From Felis catus (lineage: Eukaryota), in contig NC_058383.1 in assembly GCF_018350175.1 (NCBI RefSeq), positions 18,664,001 through 18,728,000 of the forward strand: a DNA stretch of 64,000 nucleotides, written 5' to 3'. Below, one piece after another: positions 1-11,170 of this stretch. Within the stretch, counting starts at the first letter, position 1. Every line of letters begins with the position of its first letter. Below the pieces are notes generated by a model that was not told the origin of the DNA, searched no databases, and worked only from the letters and a program-made list of their open reading frames with translations. The translations under genes were made by a program, and so were the position numbers.

Positions 1-86
1 TGGGAGAGGGTGTCATAGTCAAGATCAAGTTCAATATCATCGCCTCTCTCTATGACTACAACCCAAACCTGGCCACGTACATGAAG
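1..86 (+). CDS. EIF3C: eIF3 subunit C, coding exon (5' end outside the window)
   Basis: From base 3 reads [28 protein letters not shown], followed by GT donor (gtgagg) at 87. Confidence 0.96.
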
Positions 87-280
87 GTGAGGGCAGTGAA
101 GAACCATCACAGAGCTGAGCTGGTGGGTTGGGGGTGTGGGGTGCCTAATGTCTTAAAACCTGAGGGCTGTGGAAGCAGTCTTGGTAGTTGAAGGCCCCGT
201 GGATTCCTGGTGAAGGAGCTCTTGGGAGGCCTCCTTTTCATCCACCTCCACACCTCTGACTGCCGTCTGATCTCTTGCAG

Positions 281-406
281 CCTGAGATGTGGCAGAAGTG
301 CCTAGACTGCATCAATGAGCTCATGGACATCCTGTTTGCAAACCCCAACATCTTTGTTGGAGAGAACATTCTGGAAGAGAGTGAGAACCTGCACAATGTT
401 GACCAG
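281..406 (+). CDS. EIF3C: eIF3c coding exon
   Basis: ttgcag acceptor; [42 protein letters not shown]; gtaaag donor; 126 bp, phase 0/0. Confidence 0.96.
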
Positions 407-539
407 GTAAAGAGAGAAATTGGAGGCTAATTGGAGGTGTATGTTTTTTCCTTGGGAAGGCTCAGTGGAGACAGGAGGGTTGAAGTCTGGCACTGAGATC
501 TGGGCTAATTTATTTGCTCCTCCCCTACCTCCTTTTCAG

Positions 540-633
540 CCACTGCGTGTCCGTGGCTGTATCCTAACCCTGGTGGAACGAATGGATGAAGAATTTACCA
601 AAATAATGCAAAATACTGATCCTCACTCCCAAG
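540..633 (+). CDS. EIF3C: eIF3c coding exon
   Basis: tttcag acceptor; [31 protein letters not shown]; gtgagc donor; 94 bp, phase 0/1. Confidence 0.96.
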
Positions 634-734
634 GTGAGCCTGGGCAAGCGTGGGCATCAGTTAGAGGAAAGGTGTAGGGAATAAACAAAGGATTATATTA
701 GCAGAGTGTCTGGGGAGCCAGCCCTTACTTAGCC

Positions 735-882
735 CAGCATTCACATACACGACCTGGGAAGATGCTAGGCCCCACCCCCATCACTTCTGATTCAGTAGAT
801 CTGGGGAAGGGGCTCCAAATTTTGCATTTCTTACATGTTCCCAAGTGATGCTGCTGTCTGGGGACTACACTTTGAAAATCCT
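735..882. mobile_element. MER5A-like hAT MITE
   Basis: ttctgattcagtagatctggg...tttgcatttctta...ccaagtgatgctg...cactttgaaaa resembles the recalled MER5A consensus. Confidence 0.65.
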
Positions 883-1356
883 TGGGGTCTTGCCTCAGTT
901 CACTTTGCTTAGCTTGGATCCAGAGGCATTTGGGTTGGGGGAAATACAAGACACTTCCGTGAAATAGGAGTGTGCCCACATGTCCCCTGGGTCAGGCGTG
1001 TAGTGATGAACAAGTCAGCCGGAGGCCTTTCAGGCGCATGGAGCTTACGTTTTGGTGCTGGAGAAAGGAGAAAGCCAATTTAGTAAGTAAATAAATGAGA
1101 CAGTTCTAGATCATGGCTGGAGAAGGCGACAGAAAGCAGAGGCCATCGGCATGGGGAGAGGTTCATCGGAAGAGCACACCCGACGAGAAAGGAAAGCGAC
1201 TTCGGTGTGTCCAGGGAGGGGATGGTGTTTGCAGGGCACCGTGAGGAGACTTTGCTGATGGGCGCAGAAACCACATAGAGCTAACTGGGTTGGTCGGGGA
1301 CACACGATTAGGAAAGGCGGGTGCCTGGCTGAGATGAGGGACGCCCTCCTTTCCAG

Positions 1357-1547
1357 AGTACGTGGAGCACCTGAAGGATGAGGCGCAGGTGTGTGCCATC
1401 ATTGAGCGTGTGCAGCGCTACCTGGAGGAGAAGGGCACCACTGAGGAGATCTGTCGCATCTATCTGAGGCGCATCCTCCACACCTACTACAAGTTTGACT
1501 ACAAGGCCCATCAGCGGCAGCTTACCCCCCCTGAGGGCTCCTCGAAG
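1357..1547 (+). CDS. EIF3C: eIF3c coding exon
   Basis: ttccag acceptor; (E)[26 protein letters not shown]...[10 protein letters not shown]; gtgagt donor; 191 bp, phase 1/0. Confidence 0.96.
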
Positions 1548-1759
1548 GTGAGTCTTAGCAGCCAAGTCACAGCGGGCGGGAAGTGCCCGTCAGGACTTCC
1601 TGGCAGATCTGTTCCCTGGGAATTCTCTGGGGTGGAGCAGGGAGGGAGACTTGGAGGGACTAGACGGAGGCTGCACGGCGTCTCACCTTTGATCGCGGAG
1701 GCCTGAGCCATTGTCTCTACGGTACTTTTCTTTCAACAACATCCCACCCCTCCCCCCAG

Positions 1760-1984
1760 TCCGAGCAAGACCAGGCAGAAAACGAGGGCGAGGACTCCGC
1801 TGTGCTGATGGAGAGGCTGTGCAAGTACATCTACGCCAAGGACCGCACAGACCGTATCCGCACGTGCGCCATCCTCTGCCATATCTACCACCATGCCCTG
1901 CACTCCCGCTGGTACCAGGCCCGCGACCTCATGCTCATGAGCCACCTACAGGACAACATTCAGCATGCGGACCCGCCAGTACAG
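1760..1984 (+). CDS. EIF3C: eIF3c coding exon
   Basis: ccccag acceptor; [40 protein letters not shown]...HADPPVQ; gtagga donor; 225 bp. Confidence 0.96.
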
Positions 1985-2495
1985 GTAGGATGGGAAAGAG
2001 GCGCTCTGGCCCCGGTGGCAAAGGGAAGACCAGGCCAGGCCCCTGTCTGGAGGCAGAATGGCTCTGCCAGGTTAGTCACCTCTCTGGCTGGTGCAGACGT
2101 GAGCGGGCGCTTGGTCCTTCCCAGATGCCAGCATTCTCTGATCCCCCTGCACATTAGCATATTGTTTCCTGTTCTGACACCACTGGAGTCCTCTGGGATG
2201 GAGCTTTGGGTTCAGCTAACATTTTTCATCCCTACTGCGTGTCTGGTTCAGAGCATTAGGAAAGCTCTTATTTTAATAGGAGGAGAACGGTAGCAAGTTG
2301 TTAAACTGAGGAAAGACAGGACCCAGATGCAGGGTGATGTGTTAGGACCTCTACGCGTGTGGCAGTAGTGGGGGACGTTTTCACATAGGAGTGCGGTTTC
2401 ATCTAGGTGTAGATCCTGTAAGTGTGTATTTGAAACAGTGAAGCAGTATTGACGTGGTGAATCCATGGTGAACCCGAGCAGTGGCGGTTTTTAAA

Positions 2496-2714
2496 TTTTT
2501 TTTTTTTTTCAACGTTTTTATTTATTTTTGGGACAGAGAGAGACAGAGCATGAACGGGGGAGGGGCAGAGAGAGAGGGAGACACAGAATCGGAAACAGGC
2601 TCCAGGCTCCGAGCCATCAGCCCAGAGCCTGACGCGGGGCTCGAACTCACGGACCACGAGATCGTGACCTGGCTGAAGTCGGACACTTAACCGACTGCGC
2701 CACCCAGGCGCCCC
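2496..2714 (-). mobile_element. Young felid CAN-SINE with 22-bp TSD
   Basis: Reverse tRNA-derived head, (CT)n linker and A tail; flanked by ccgagc(a/g)gtggcggtttttaaa at 2474-2495 and 2717-2738. Confidence 0.92.
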
Positions 2715-2744
2715 AGCCGAGCGGTGGCGGTTTTTAAACAGCGC

Positions 2745-5040
2745 TTCCATTTGTTCTCTTTTATTCCAGTGTATGAATTTATCACAAGTTCTTGATGTGT
2801 TTTCTTCTTGGTAGATGCCTCGTCTGTTTCCAGTATGGGGCTATTATAAAGAAGCTGTCATGAGCATTTATAAGCCTTTGTGTGGTTGTATGTTTTCTCC
2901 TGGGTAAATGGTTAAGAGTAGAATTGCCGGGTGCTGGTTTAGGTGTGTGTCCAGTCATTAGAAACCCAAAAGTGCCGACGCCACTTTACACTCCGGCCGT
3001 AATGTGTGGATATTATAGTCCTTGTCGATATTTGGCATTTTCAGTCTTAATATAAGCCACGTTGGTCGTTATGTGGTAGTATCTCATTATGGCACTGAAT
3101 TGTATCTCCCTCATAACCTGAAGTTGAGTACTTTTTTCATGTTTATTGGTTCTTTGTCTTTTTTTTTTTTTTAACTTTTGTTTATGTTTGAGAGAGAGTG
3201 TGCACGCGCGCATGCAAGAAGGGGTTGGGGACAGAGAGAGAGGGAGACAGAGGATCCAAAGTAGGCTCTGCTCTGACAGCACAGAACCCGAAGCAGGAGT
3301 CAATTCAAACCATGAGATCATGACCTGAGCCAAAGTCGGACGCTTAACCGACTGAGCCACCCTGGTGCCCCTCTTTATGTCTCTTCTTTTGTGAAATGTC
3401 TGGTCACCACCTCTCCCCTATTCTCCGTTTTGAAGATTGGATTGTTCCATTTTTTTATTACTGGATACCAGTCCTTTGTCATATAAATGTTTTCCAAATA
3501 TTTTGTTCCTGTCTGTGGTCTGCCTGTTCATTTTTAACACCATGTCTTGTGGTGTAGTCTAATTTATCAGGGTTTTTTTAATGCTTACTACTTTCGGGAT
3601 CCTATCTAATGAAATCTTTGCAGTTCGTGAAGATACTTTTTTTTTTTTTTAAAGTTCTTAAAAGCCTTAGCTTTCATGTTTAGATCTATGATTTTGATAT
3701 ATAGTATGAAGTTAGTTACTATATTTTTGTTTTGTTTCCTTCATTCATCTCTGTCCTTAGGCCAGTCCCACACTGTCTTGATTCCTCTGCCCGTAGAGTA
3801 AGTCTCCCAAGTCAGGTAGTAGGAGTCTTCCCACATTGTTCTTTTTTAAGATGCTTTGAGTATTCTGTGACCTTTGCGTTTCCACATAAATCTTCAAATT
3901 CTCTTGTCAATTTCCACAAAAATGCCTGCTGGAATTTTATGGAATCTGTAAATGAATTTTGAGAGGACTGACATCTTAACAACATTGAACCTTTGGATAT
4001 AAACACTTTATCTTTTTGTTTTATTTGTTTCTGCAGTGTTCTGTGGATTTCACTGTAGATGCATTACACATCTTCTAAGAAATTACTCCTGAATGTTATG
4101 AGTTTCAATGCTGTGTAAATGGACTTGTTTTTTATCTCAGTTTCTAATTGCTAATTAACTACTTGTATATAAAAAAAAGATTCATTTGGGGCGCCTGGGT
4201 GGCGCAGTCGGTTAAGCGTCCGACTTCAGCCAGGTCACGATCTCGCGGTCCGTGAGTTCGAGCCCCGCGTCAGGCTCTGGGCTGATGGCTCAGAGCCTGG
4301 AGCCTGTTTCCGATTCTGTGTCTCCCTCTCTCTCTGCCCCTCCCCCGTTCATGCTCTGTCTCTCTCTGTCCCAAAAATAAATAAAAACATTGAAAAAAAA
4401 TTAAAAAAAAAAAAAAGATTCATTTTTGTATTTTGGCCTTGAATGCATCTGTTGGGCTAAATTCACTTATTTGGTTTAGCATTCAGTAGATAATCCTTAA
4501 GATTTTCTGCTAAAGCACTCACGTCATGTACATGTAGACAGTTTTATTACCATGTCAGTCTTTAGGACTTTCCTTTTTTATTTCTTGCCATGTTGTGGTA
4601 ACTCAAATTTCCAGTACTTAGTGCTGAGTAGAAGTACTGAGAGCAAGCACCTTGTCTTGCCCCCAGCCTTAGGGGAGCAGTCAGCATTTTACCACTGAGT
4701 GTGATGTTAGCAGTAGCATTTTTGTAGGTACATTTTCTCAGATTGAGGAAGTTCTTTTCTGATTCTAGCTGACCAAGAATTTTTGTCCTAAATAGATGTT
4801 GAATTTTGTCCAGAGCTTTTTCTGCATCTGCTGAAATGATGCAATGATTTCTCCTTTATTGTGTTCATAGGGTGAGTAACCATGGTTTTAGATTTTTGTA
4901 TCAGCTTTTCATTCCAGAGATACATCCCCGTTGATCATGATATATTATGTCATTCATCTATTGCTGCATTTTGTTTGCTAATATTTTTTCAGGCTCTTTG
5001 CGTCTCTGTTCATGACTGATACTGACCTGTATACTTCTGG
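2745..5040 (-). mobile_element. Old antisense L1 fragments in an EIF3C intron, interrupted by SINEs at about 3160-3370 (-) and 4188-4415 (+)
   Basis: Antisense L1 ORF2/3' motifs (gtagtatctcattatgg, attgaggaagttc, ttttctgcatct); the 4188 SINE has the TSD aaaaaagattcattt. Confidence 0.75.
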
Positions 5041-5069
5041 TGTTATAATAAAGAGTTTATCTGCCCCCA

Positions 5070-5895
5070 CCCCCAAAAATCTGCACCACCTGAAATCTTC
5101 CCGTCTTAGTTAGTGGCAAGTCCATATTTTCAGTTGCCTAGGCCAGAAGCCTCGGAGTCGCTAATTCTTATTTTTCTCTCATGTGCCACGTCTCATTCCC
5201 CAGCCGTTCCTGTTCAGAGTCCATACCTGACCACTCATTACTTCCATCGCTCCCCTCTGGCCTGAGCCACTGTCATCTTCCTGGTGTCTGCTGCTGCTCT
5301 TACTTCCCTTCCCTTCCCTACAGCAGCCAGGGTTAACCTTGTTAAGTCAGATTATACCACTTGTTTTCTCAGAACCTTCCCATGGTTTCCGATCTCAACA
5401 TCCTTAACGTGGCTTCCAGGGCTGTGTGCTCGCCTATCCAATTTATGCTCACATCTTTACTGGCTCGGGCTGAATCACACTCCTTGTTCCTTGAGTGCAC
5501 CTGGCACAGTTCTTCCATAAAGCCTTTGCATTGACTTTTCCTTTTTTTCTAGAATACTCTTCTCCCAGATATCTGCATGACTTTTTCTATCAGGTTTCTA
5601 TTTAAACTTTACCTTCAAAATGAGGCCTTCCCTGGTTATCCTATGGAAAAATTGTGAGTTCCTACGAGCACTGCCACCACCCAGACTCCCTTCTTAACTC
5701 TCTCTTCTGTTTAATTTTTCTCCTTGGCATGAGTCACTGTCTGCATGCTGTGGTTATTTTGTCCTCCATACCCTTCTCCCTAGAACGTAAGCTCCGTGGA
5801 AGGATAGCGACTCGCGTGTTTTGCTCCCTATCCCGGCCCACAGCCTGGTGCCCGGCACCAGTGGGTGCTCAATGTAGATTTCTTGAACAGATGAA
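5070..5895 (+). mobile_element. L2 fragments
   Basis: cagcagccagggttaacctt...agcctttgcattg...taagctccgtggaagg...gtgctcaat resembles the L2 3' end. Confidence 0.6.
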
Positions 5896-5945
5896 CAGCT
5901 TGCCTCATGGTTGTCGCTTCTGAGTGCATTGCCCTTTGTCCCCAG

Positions 5946-6309
5946 ATCCTGTACAACCGCACCATGGTGCAGCTGGGCATATGTGCTTTCCGCCAAGGCC
6001 TGACCAAGGACGCTCACAACGCCCTACTGGACATTCAGTCAAGCGGCCGGGCCAAGGAGCTTCTGGGCCAGGGTCTGCTGCTGCGCAGCCTGCAGGAGCG
6101 CAACCAGGAGCAGGAGAAGGTGGAGCGGCGCCGGCAGGTGCCCTTCCACCTGCACATCAACCTGGAGCTGCTGGAGTGCGTGTATCTGGTGTCTGCCATG
6201 CTCCTGGAGATCCCTTACATGGCTGCCCACGAGAGTGATGCTCGCCGGCGCATGATCAGCAAGCAGTTCCATCACCAGCTGCGCGTGGGCGAGCGGCAGC
6301 CCTTGCTGG
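5946..6309 (+). CDS. EIF3C: eIF3c coding exon
   Basis: ccccag acceptor; [18 protein letters not shown]...[10 protein letters not shown]; gtgagt donor; 364 bp, phase 0/1. Confidence 0.96.
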
Positions 6310-6577
6310 GTGAGTTTGGGGCTCTGCGGTGCCGCAGACTCCCCTTATTGGGCCCTCGCTTCCCCTTTATTCAGAGGATTCCGAGACGCTGAAGGGAATA
6401 ACTTTCACCCGAGATGATTCTGTCTGATGGAATGATCTCTCCACGTGTAACCTAGAAGTGTTCCTTTTACTCAGTAGTCTCTGCAGTCTCTTGCTGTGGG
6501 ATACGGTGTCTTAGCTTACAGATTAAGTTCCTTATTTCCTGTCATTCTTCTCTTCAGTCGATGTTTCCCAGCATTAT

Positions 6578-6730
6578 CTTTTTTTTTTTTTTTAAGTAGG
6601 CTCCACGCTGGGCTTGAATGGGCTTGAATTCAAGCCTTGTGTGGGGCTTGAATTCATGACCCTCAGATCAAGACCTGCGCTGAGGTCAAGAGTTGGTCTC
6701 TTAACCATCTGAGCCACCCAAGCACCCCCT
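6578..6730 (-). mobile_element. Short older CAN-SINE
   Basis: Reverse SINE head; TSD cagcattatcttt on both sides. Confidence 0.8.
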
Positions 6731-8227
6731 CAGCATTATCTTTCTACCAAATTTATGATGTTATACACCCCCAGTACCTTCCAGAGTTCTTCATTGTCTA
6801 TGGAATAAAGTCCAGCCTCCTTAACTAAGTTAAACTCTCCATGACCTGACTCCAATGATATTTTTTATTTAACACAAACTTACATAGTACCTTTTTTCTG
6901 CCTGGCACTGTTTTAAGTATTTTCCAAATAACGATACTGTTTTAAAAGTTAATACATTTAATTGTCGTTAGTAATAACCGTGTGATATGGGTACCATTAT
7001 TAACTTGATGGGGGTTAAGTGACTTACCCAAGGTTAACACAGCTGATATGTGTCTCTCTGATCTTTCGTTTTTTCCCATTTTTCCTTTTGTGCACGTTAT
7101 TTTCTACCAACCAACTAGACCTTTGGCATTTGAAAATCTAACATTGGCTCCTTTGATCACTTGAAGGTCTGATCGATCAGTCCAGGGGTTGAATGGGTTG
7201 TGATTTCACTGGGAAAGGAATGGTGCCCTTCTGGTGGGGTTGGTGCCTGAAGACTTGGCGAGGGACCAAGCTTACTGTCCACAGCCACATCCCCTCAGTT
7301 CTGTCCTCTACTGGTTGTGTCAACTGCTGGTGCCCCTTTTACAAATTTTGTCTGCCTTGTGTAGTGAAACTTTGTTTTCTTTTAATTGGAAAATTTATAG
7401 TGAAAGTCTGTTTCCAGCATCACTTACGGCTCTCTGGTTCACTACAGTCCCTGCCTCTCTATTACTGTCTAAAACCAAAAGGCGGTTTCTGTCTCCGCTC
7501 TGCACTACTGTTCGTTTTGTAGAGAAATACTCTTTGAACCTCTAACTTTGCCTCTTTTAAAAGTCACAGAGTAGAAGCTGACCAGAAGTGTGTTCTCTTA
7601 GCCTTATTCATACATTTCTCTTTGGGCTGATCTGTTATACCTTTGAGCTTGCTGTCTGTTCCACGTTCTGCCATGTTCATGTTTCTTCATACCTACCATC
7701 CATTTCCAGTCTTAAGAGTTTTTGCACTTGCCTGTCAACTCGAAATTCCTGTGACTCTTGTTTGCCACGTTTTCTCTTCCTGGCTTGTCTTTAAGGAAAA
7801 ATTAGCTGAACAGCGTGATATACAGATCTGTTCAAAATCATGAAGGTAGTATAAGAAGGAATGAAGTTTGGTAACTGTTTTTCCAGCTGAGATATTAGAA
7901 ATTGTTTTAGGTCAAGAAGCCTCCTAAGAACCTGATGAAAGCTGGGGACCTCTCCCTGGGAAGATGTACATGAGGATAGGCGCAACAATTTGCCAACATT
8001 TTCAAGGCGCTCACCAGTCCCGACGCGTGTCATAAACTGATTTAGTCCAAATAAACGTATTCTGATGTTAAGTGATTTCAGCCATCACACGGCTATTTAA
8101 TGGGGAGCTGGGAGAGTCCCAGTCTGGTTGTTTGCTCTCTTGTCCAGTGTTCCTCCTTGAATAGTGCCCAAGGCAGGAGCTATGTTGCCAGGCTTCCCTA
8201 AGCCCTGCCTCATTCCCAACCTTTCAG

Positions 8228-8387
8228 GTCCCCCTGAGTCAATGAGGGAACATGTGGTGGCTGCCTCCAAAGCTATGAAGATGGGTGACTGGAAGACCTG
8301 CCACAGTTTCATCATCAATGAAAAGATGAATGGCAAAGTGTGGGACCTTTTCCCTGAGGCTGACAAAGTCCGAACCATGCTGGTTAG
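8228..8387 (+). CDS. EIF3C: eIF3c coding exon (PCI domain region)
   Basis: tttcag acceptor; (G)[24 protein letters not shown]...KVRTMLV(R); gtgagc donor; 160 bp, phase 1/2. Confidence 0.96.
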
Positions 8388-8480
8388 GTGAGCGGAAAGG
8401 AAGGCCATGGTGGGTGGGGAAGACAAGACTGGTTGGTCTCCTTCAGTGGAGATGGTCCCCCTTCTCCCTTCTCCCCACAG

Positions 8481-8546
8481 GAAGATCCAGGAAGAGTCAC
8501 TGCGGACCTACCTCTTCACCTACAGCAGTGTCTATGACTCCATCAG
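8481..8546 (+). CDS. EIF3C: eIF3c coding exon
   Basis: ccacag acceptor; [21 protein letters not shown](S); gtagga donor; 66 bp, phase 2/2. Confidence 0.95.
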
Positions 8547-8635
8547 GTAGGATGGGCCCCGAGGAGATACAGGGGGCCCAGCTTCGTAGTCAAAGCTCCT
8601 AATTGCTCCCTCCTTCCTGCCTTGCTTCTCCACAG

Positions 8636-8723
8636 CATGGAGACCCTGTCTGACATGTTTGAACTGGACCTGCCCACCGTGCACTCCATCATCAGCAAGA
8701 TGATCATTAACGAGGAGTTGATG
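8636..8723 (+). CDS. EIF3C: eIF3c coding exon
   Basis: ccacag acceptor; [29 protein letters not shown]; gtaagg donor; 88 bp, phase 2/0. Confidence 0.95.
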
Positions 8724-8839
8724 GTAAGGGCCAGGGTGATAAATGGGCAGGCAGGTGGAGTCATGGGGAGTTCGGAGTGGAGATCTCCAGTCAGCTTGGA
8801 GACCTGTGTCGTGTCCGTTCTCTCTCTCCCTCGCATCAG

Positions 8840-9002
8840 GCCTCCCTGGACCAGCCGACGCAGACCGTGGTGATGCACCGCACCGAGCCCACCGCCCAAC
8901 AGAACCTGGCTCTGCAGCTGGCCGAGAAGCTGGGCAGCCTGGTGGAAAATAATGAGCGGGTGTTTGACCACAAGCAGGGGACCTACGGTGGCTACTTCCG
9001 AG
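8840..9002 (+). CDS. EIF3C: eIF3c coding exon
   Basis: catcag acceptor; [54 protein letters not shown]; gtaagt donor; 163 bp. Confidence 0.96.
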
Positions 9003-9089
9003 GTAAGTGGTTCTGTTTCTCTGCTCTCCCAGGGTGCTGGCCCCCTTCCTGCCTCTTCGCTGTCATTCACCTCCTCCCCCGTCCTGCAG

Positions 9090-9172
9090 ACCAGAAGGAC
9101 GGCTACCGCAAAAACGAGGGCTACATGCGCCGGGGTGGCTACCGCCAGCAGCAGTCTCAGACAGCCTACTGA
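9090..9172 (+). CDS. EIF3C: eIF3c final coding exon
   Basis: ctgcag acceptor; (D)[26 protein letters not shown] then TGA; all 11 exon phases join consistently. Confidence 0.96.
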
Positions 9173-9236
9173 TCACTTCCTCTGTTCCTGTGGCCTCACC
9201 CATTCAACCCCGAAGTCCTCAACCACACTCTGACTT

Positions 9237-9242
9237 ATTAAA
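9237..9242 (+). terminator. EIF3C: Probable EIF3C polyadenylation signal (ATTAAA)
   Basis: ATTAAA about 65 nt after the stop, followed by GT/T-rich downstream sequence. Confidence 0.7.
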
Positions 9243-9453
9243 GTTCTGTTTCGAGTTGTTACGGTTCCTGTTGTCTGCGTGTCGCCACAGAGGTGGGTTG
9301 GACATGTTCATTTGCTAATTGTATTTCTGCGCCTTCCGCCACATAATAGGCACGAGGCTCAGGACGCAGAGGTGACTTGTGCGTGTCGCTGACTTCAGAG
9401 CTTGCTGCTCTTTGACGTTTGACAGAAAGTTGTAATAACGTGTGAGAAGTTCC

Positions 9454-9896
9454 TTTTTTTTAACGTTTGTTTATTTTTTTATTAAAAATTTTTTTTAACA
9501 TTTATTTATTTTTGAGACAGAGAGAGATAGAGCATGAAGGGGGGAGGGGCAGAGAGAGAAGGAGACACAGAATCGGAAGCAGGCTCCAGGCTCTGAGCCA
9601 TCAGCCCAGAGCCTGACGCGGGGCTCGAACTCACGGACCGCAAGATCGTGACCTGAGCTGAAGTCGGACGCTTAACCGACTGCGCCACCCAGGCACCCCA
9701 TAACGTTTGTTTATTTTTGAGAGCGAGAGAGAGCACGAGCGGGAGGGGCAGAGAGAGGGAGACACAGAATCGGAAGCAGGCTCCAGGCTCTGAGCTGTCA
9801 GCACAGAGCCCAACACGGGGCTTGAACCCACGAACCGCGAGACCATGACCTGAGCCAAAGTCAGAGGCTTAACCAACCAAGCCACCCAGGTGCCCA
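9454..9896 (-). mobile_element. Two nested CAN-SINEs (one inserted in the tail of the other)
   Basis: Two reverse SINE bodies; taacgtttgtttattttt duplicated at 9461 and 9701. Confidence 0.88.
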
Positions 9897-10792
9897 TGTG
9901 ATAAGTTCTAACGGGGGTATGAAAGGCAGTGGGTGTGCCGAATAGGATGTAGCGATGGTTGGACCTTGGTGGGGGTTGGGTGGTGGTTCCCCAGGCAGGG
10001 TAAAGGGAGAGTTAGTGTAGACCTGTATGAAGTATGGTCTTGGGACCAGTGTGGGTCCGCAGTTAACCTGTCTGCGATGAGACAGGGATCGTAATTAAGA
10101 GTCCGCACGGAGAAACATGCCACCTCTGTGACATCTAAACAGGTGATCGTTTTTCTAATTTATTTGTATTGGGTTTTCAAAAGTATCGGTCCACAGGAAA
10201 TCTGAAAGTTCTGTTTAGTGCTCCACCCCCACATTTGAGAAGCACTGATGGAGGGAAAGGAGAAGGAGCAAGTGCAAAGAATTGGGAGGAGCACAGGAAC
10301 AGTGTGGTTGGCATAAAGCGTGCATGGATATGTGCAGGAGATAGGATGGGACTCCACCTGGTGGGGTCTGAATGCTTTGGACTTTGGAAACAAAATACAT
10401 GAATGGACCCGCTCTTAAGAAGGTAATGGAGCAGCATTATAGACTGGAATTGGAGACCAGAGAGCCAATCAAAAAGTAAAAAGCGTCTGTAGCCAGAGTG
10501 TTTGGGATCTGAGCTGAGGGAGGGGCTGAGGAGGGAAGTACGGAACAAGCTGGGGTTTCTGTGACCTGCTGAGAGTGGGAGTCGTAGGGGTCAGGAATGA
10601 AAGGTCCTCCTGGCTGGGAATAAATAGATCTAAAAAGGCCATTAACAAGAAGTACTTAGGGAATTCTTTGTGTTCAGGGGTATACAAACAGCAGGGTATG
10701 TAAAGTGGACTGAATGTGGTTAGATGTTAAAATGTTGAGTTTGAGACACATTTGGAACATAAAGCAGTTGGATATTAAGAGGTTGGATTGCA

Positions 10793-11170
10793 TATTAATT
10801 AGACTGGGAGCTAAGCTGCTATAACAAAGGGATTCCAAAACAGTGATTCAAACAGAGTAGTTTACTTCCCATGCACAGAGGTAGGTGAGTGGTCCAGGCT
10901 TGGGGTTAAGCAGCTGTGTTCCACAAGATTATCTAGGGACCCAGGGTCCCACTGTCATATTGCAACGCCAGCCCCACATCTTTGTTCAAACCAGCAGAGG
11001 GGAGAAGACGAAGTAGTGGGCCTGGATATTGCACTCAACCCTTTGGCTAGAACTTAAGTCTCATGTTCTTACTCTGTCCCTGTGTGGAAAACTAAAATCC
11101 CTATGGCTGAATGGTTGTGGGCTCATTCCAACCTGGGAGGGTTCTATTACTAAAAGGAGAAAGTGGACAC
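10793..11170. mobile_element. MaLR (MLT1-type) LTR remnant
   Basis: tattaattag...ctaagctgctataacaaa start and LTR-like body resemble recalled MLT1 elements. Confidence 0.5.

Noticed and set aside
4188..4270. tRNA-like sequence with A and B boxes
   Set aside because: It is the tRNA-derived head of a CAN-SINE and runs into the SINE body and tail; no true tRNA gene was seen
8543..9070. 175-aa antisense ORF over EIF3C exons
   Set aside because: Shadow of the GC-rich sense coding sequence
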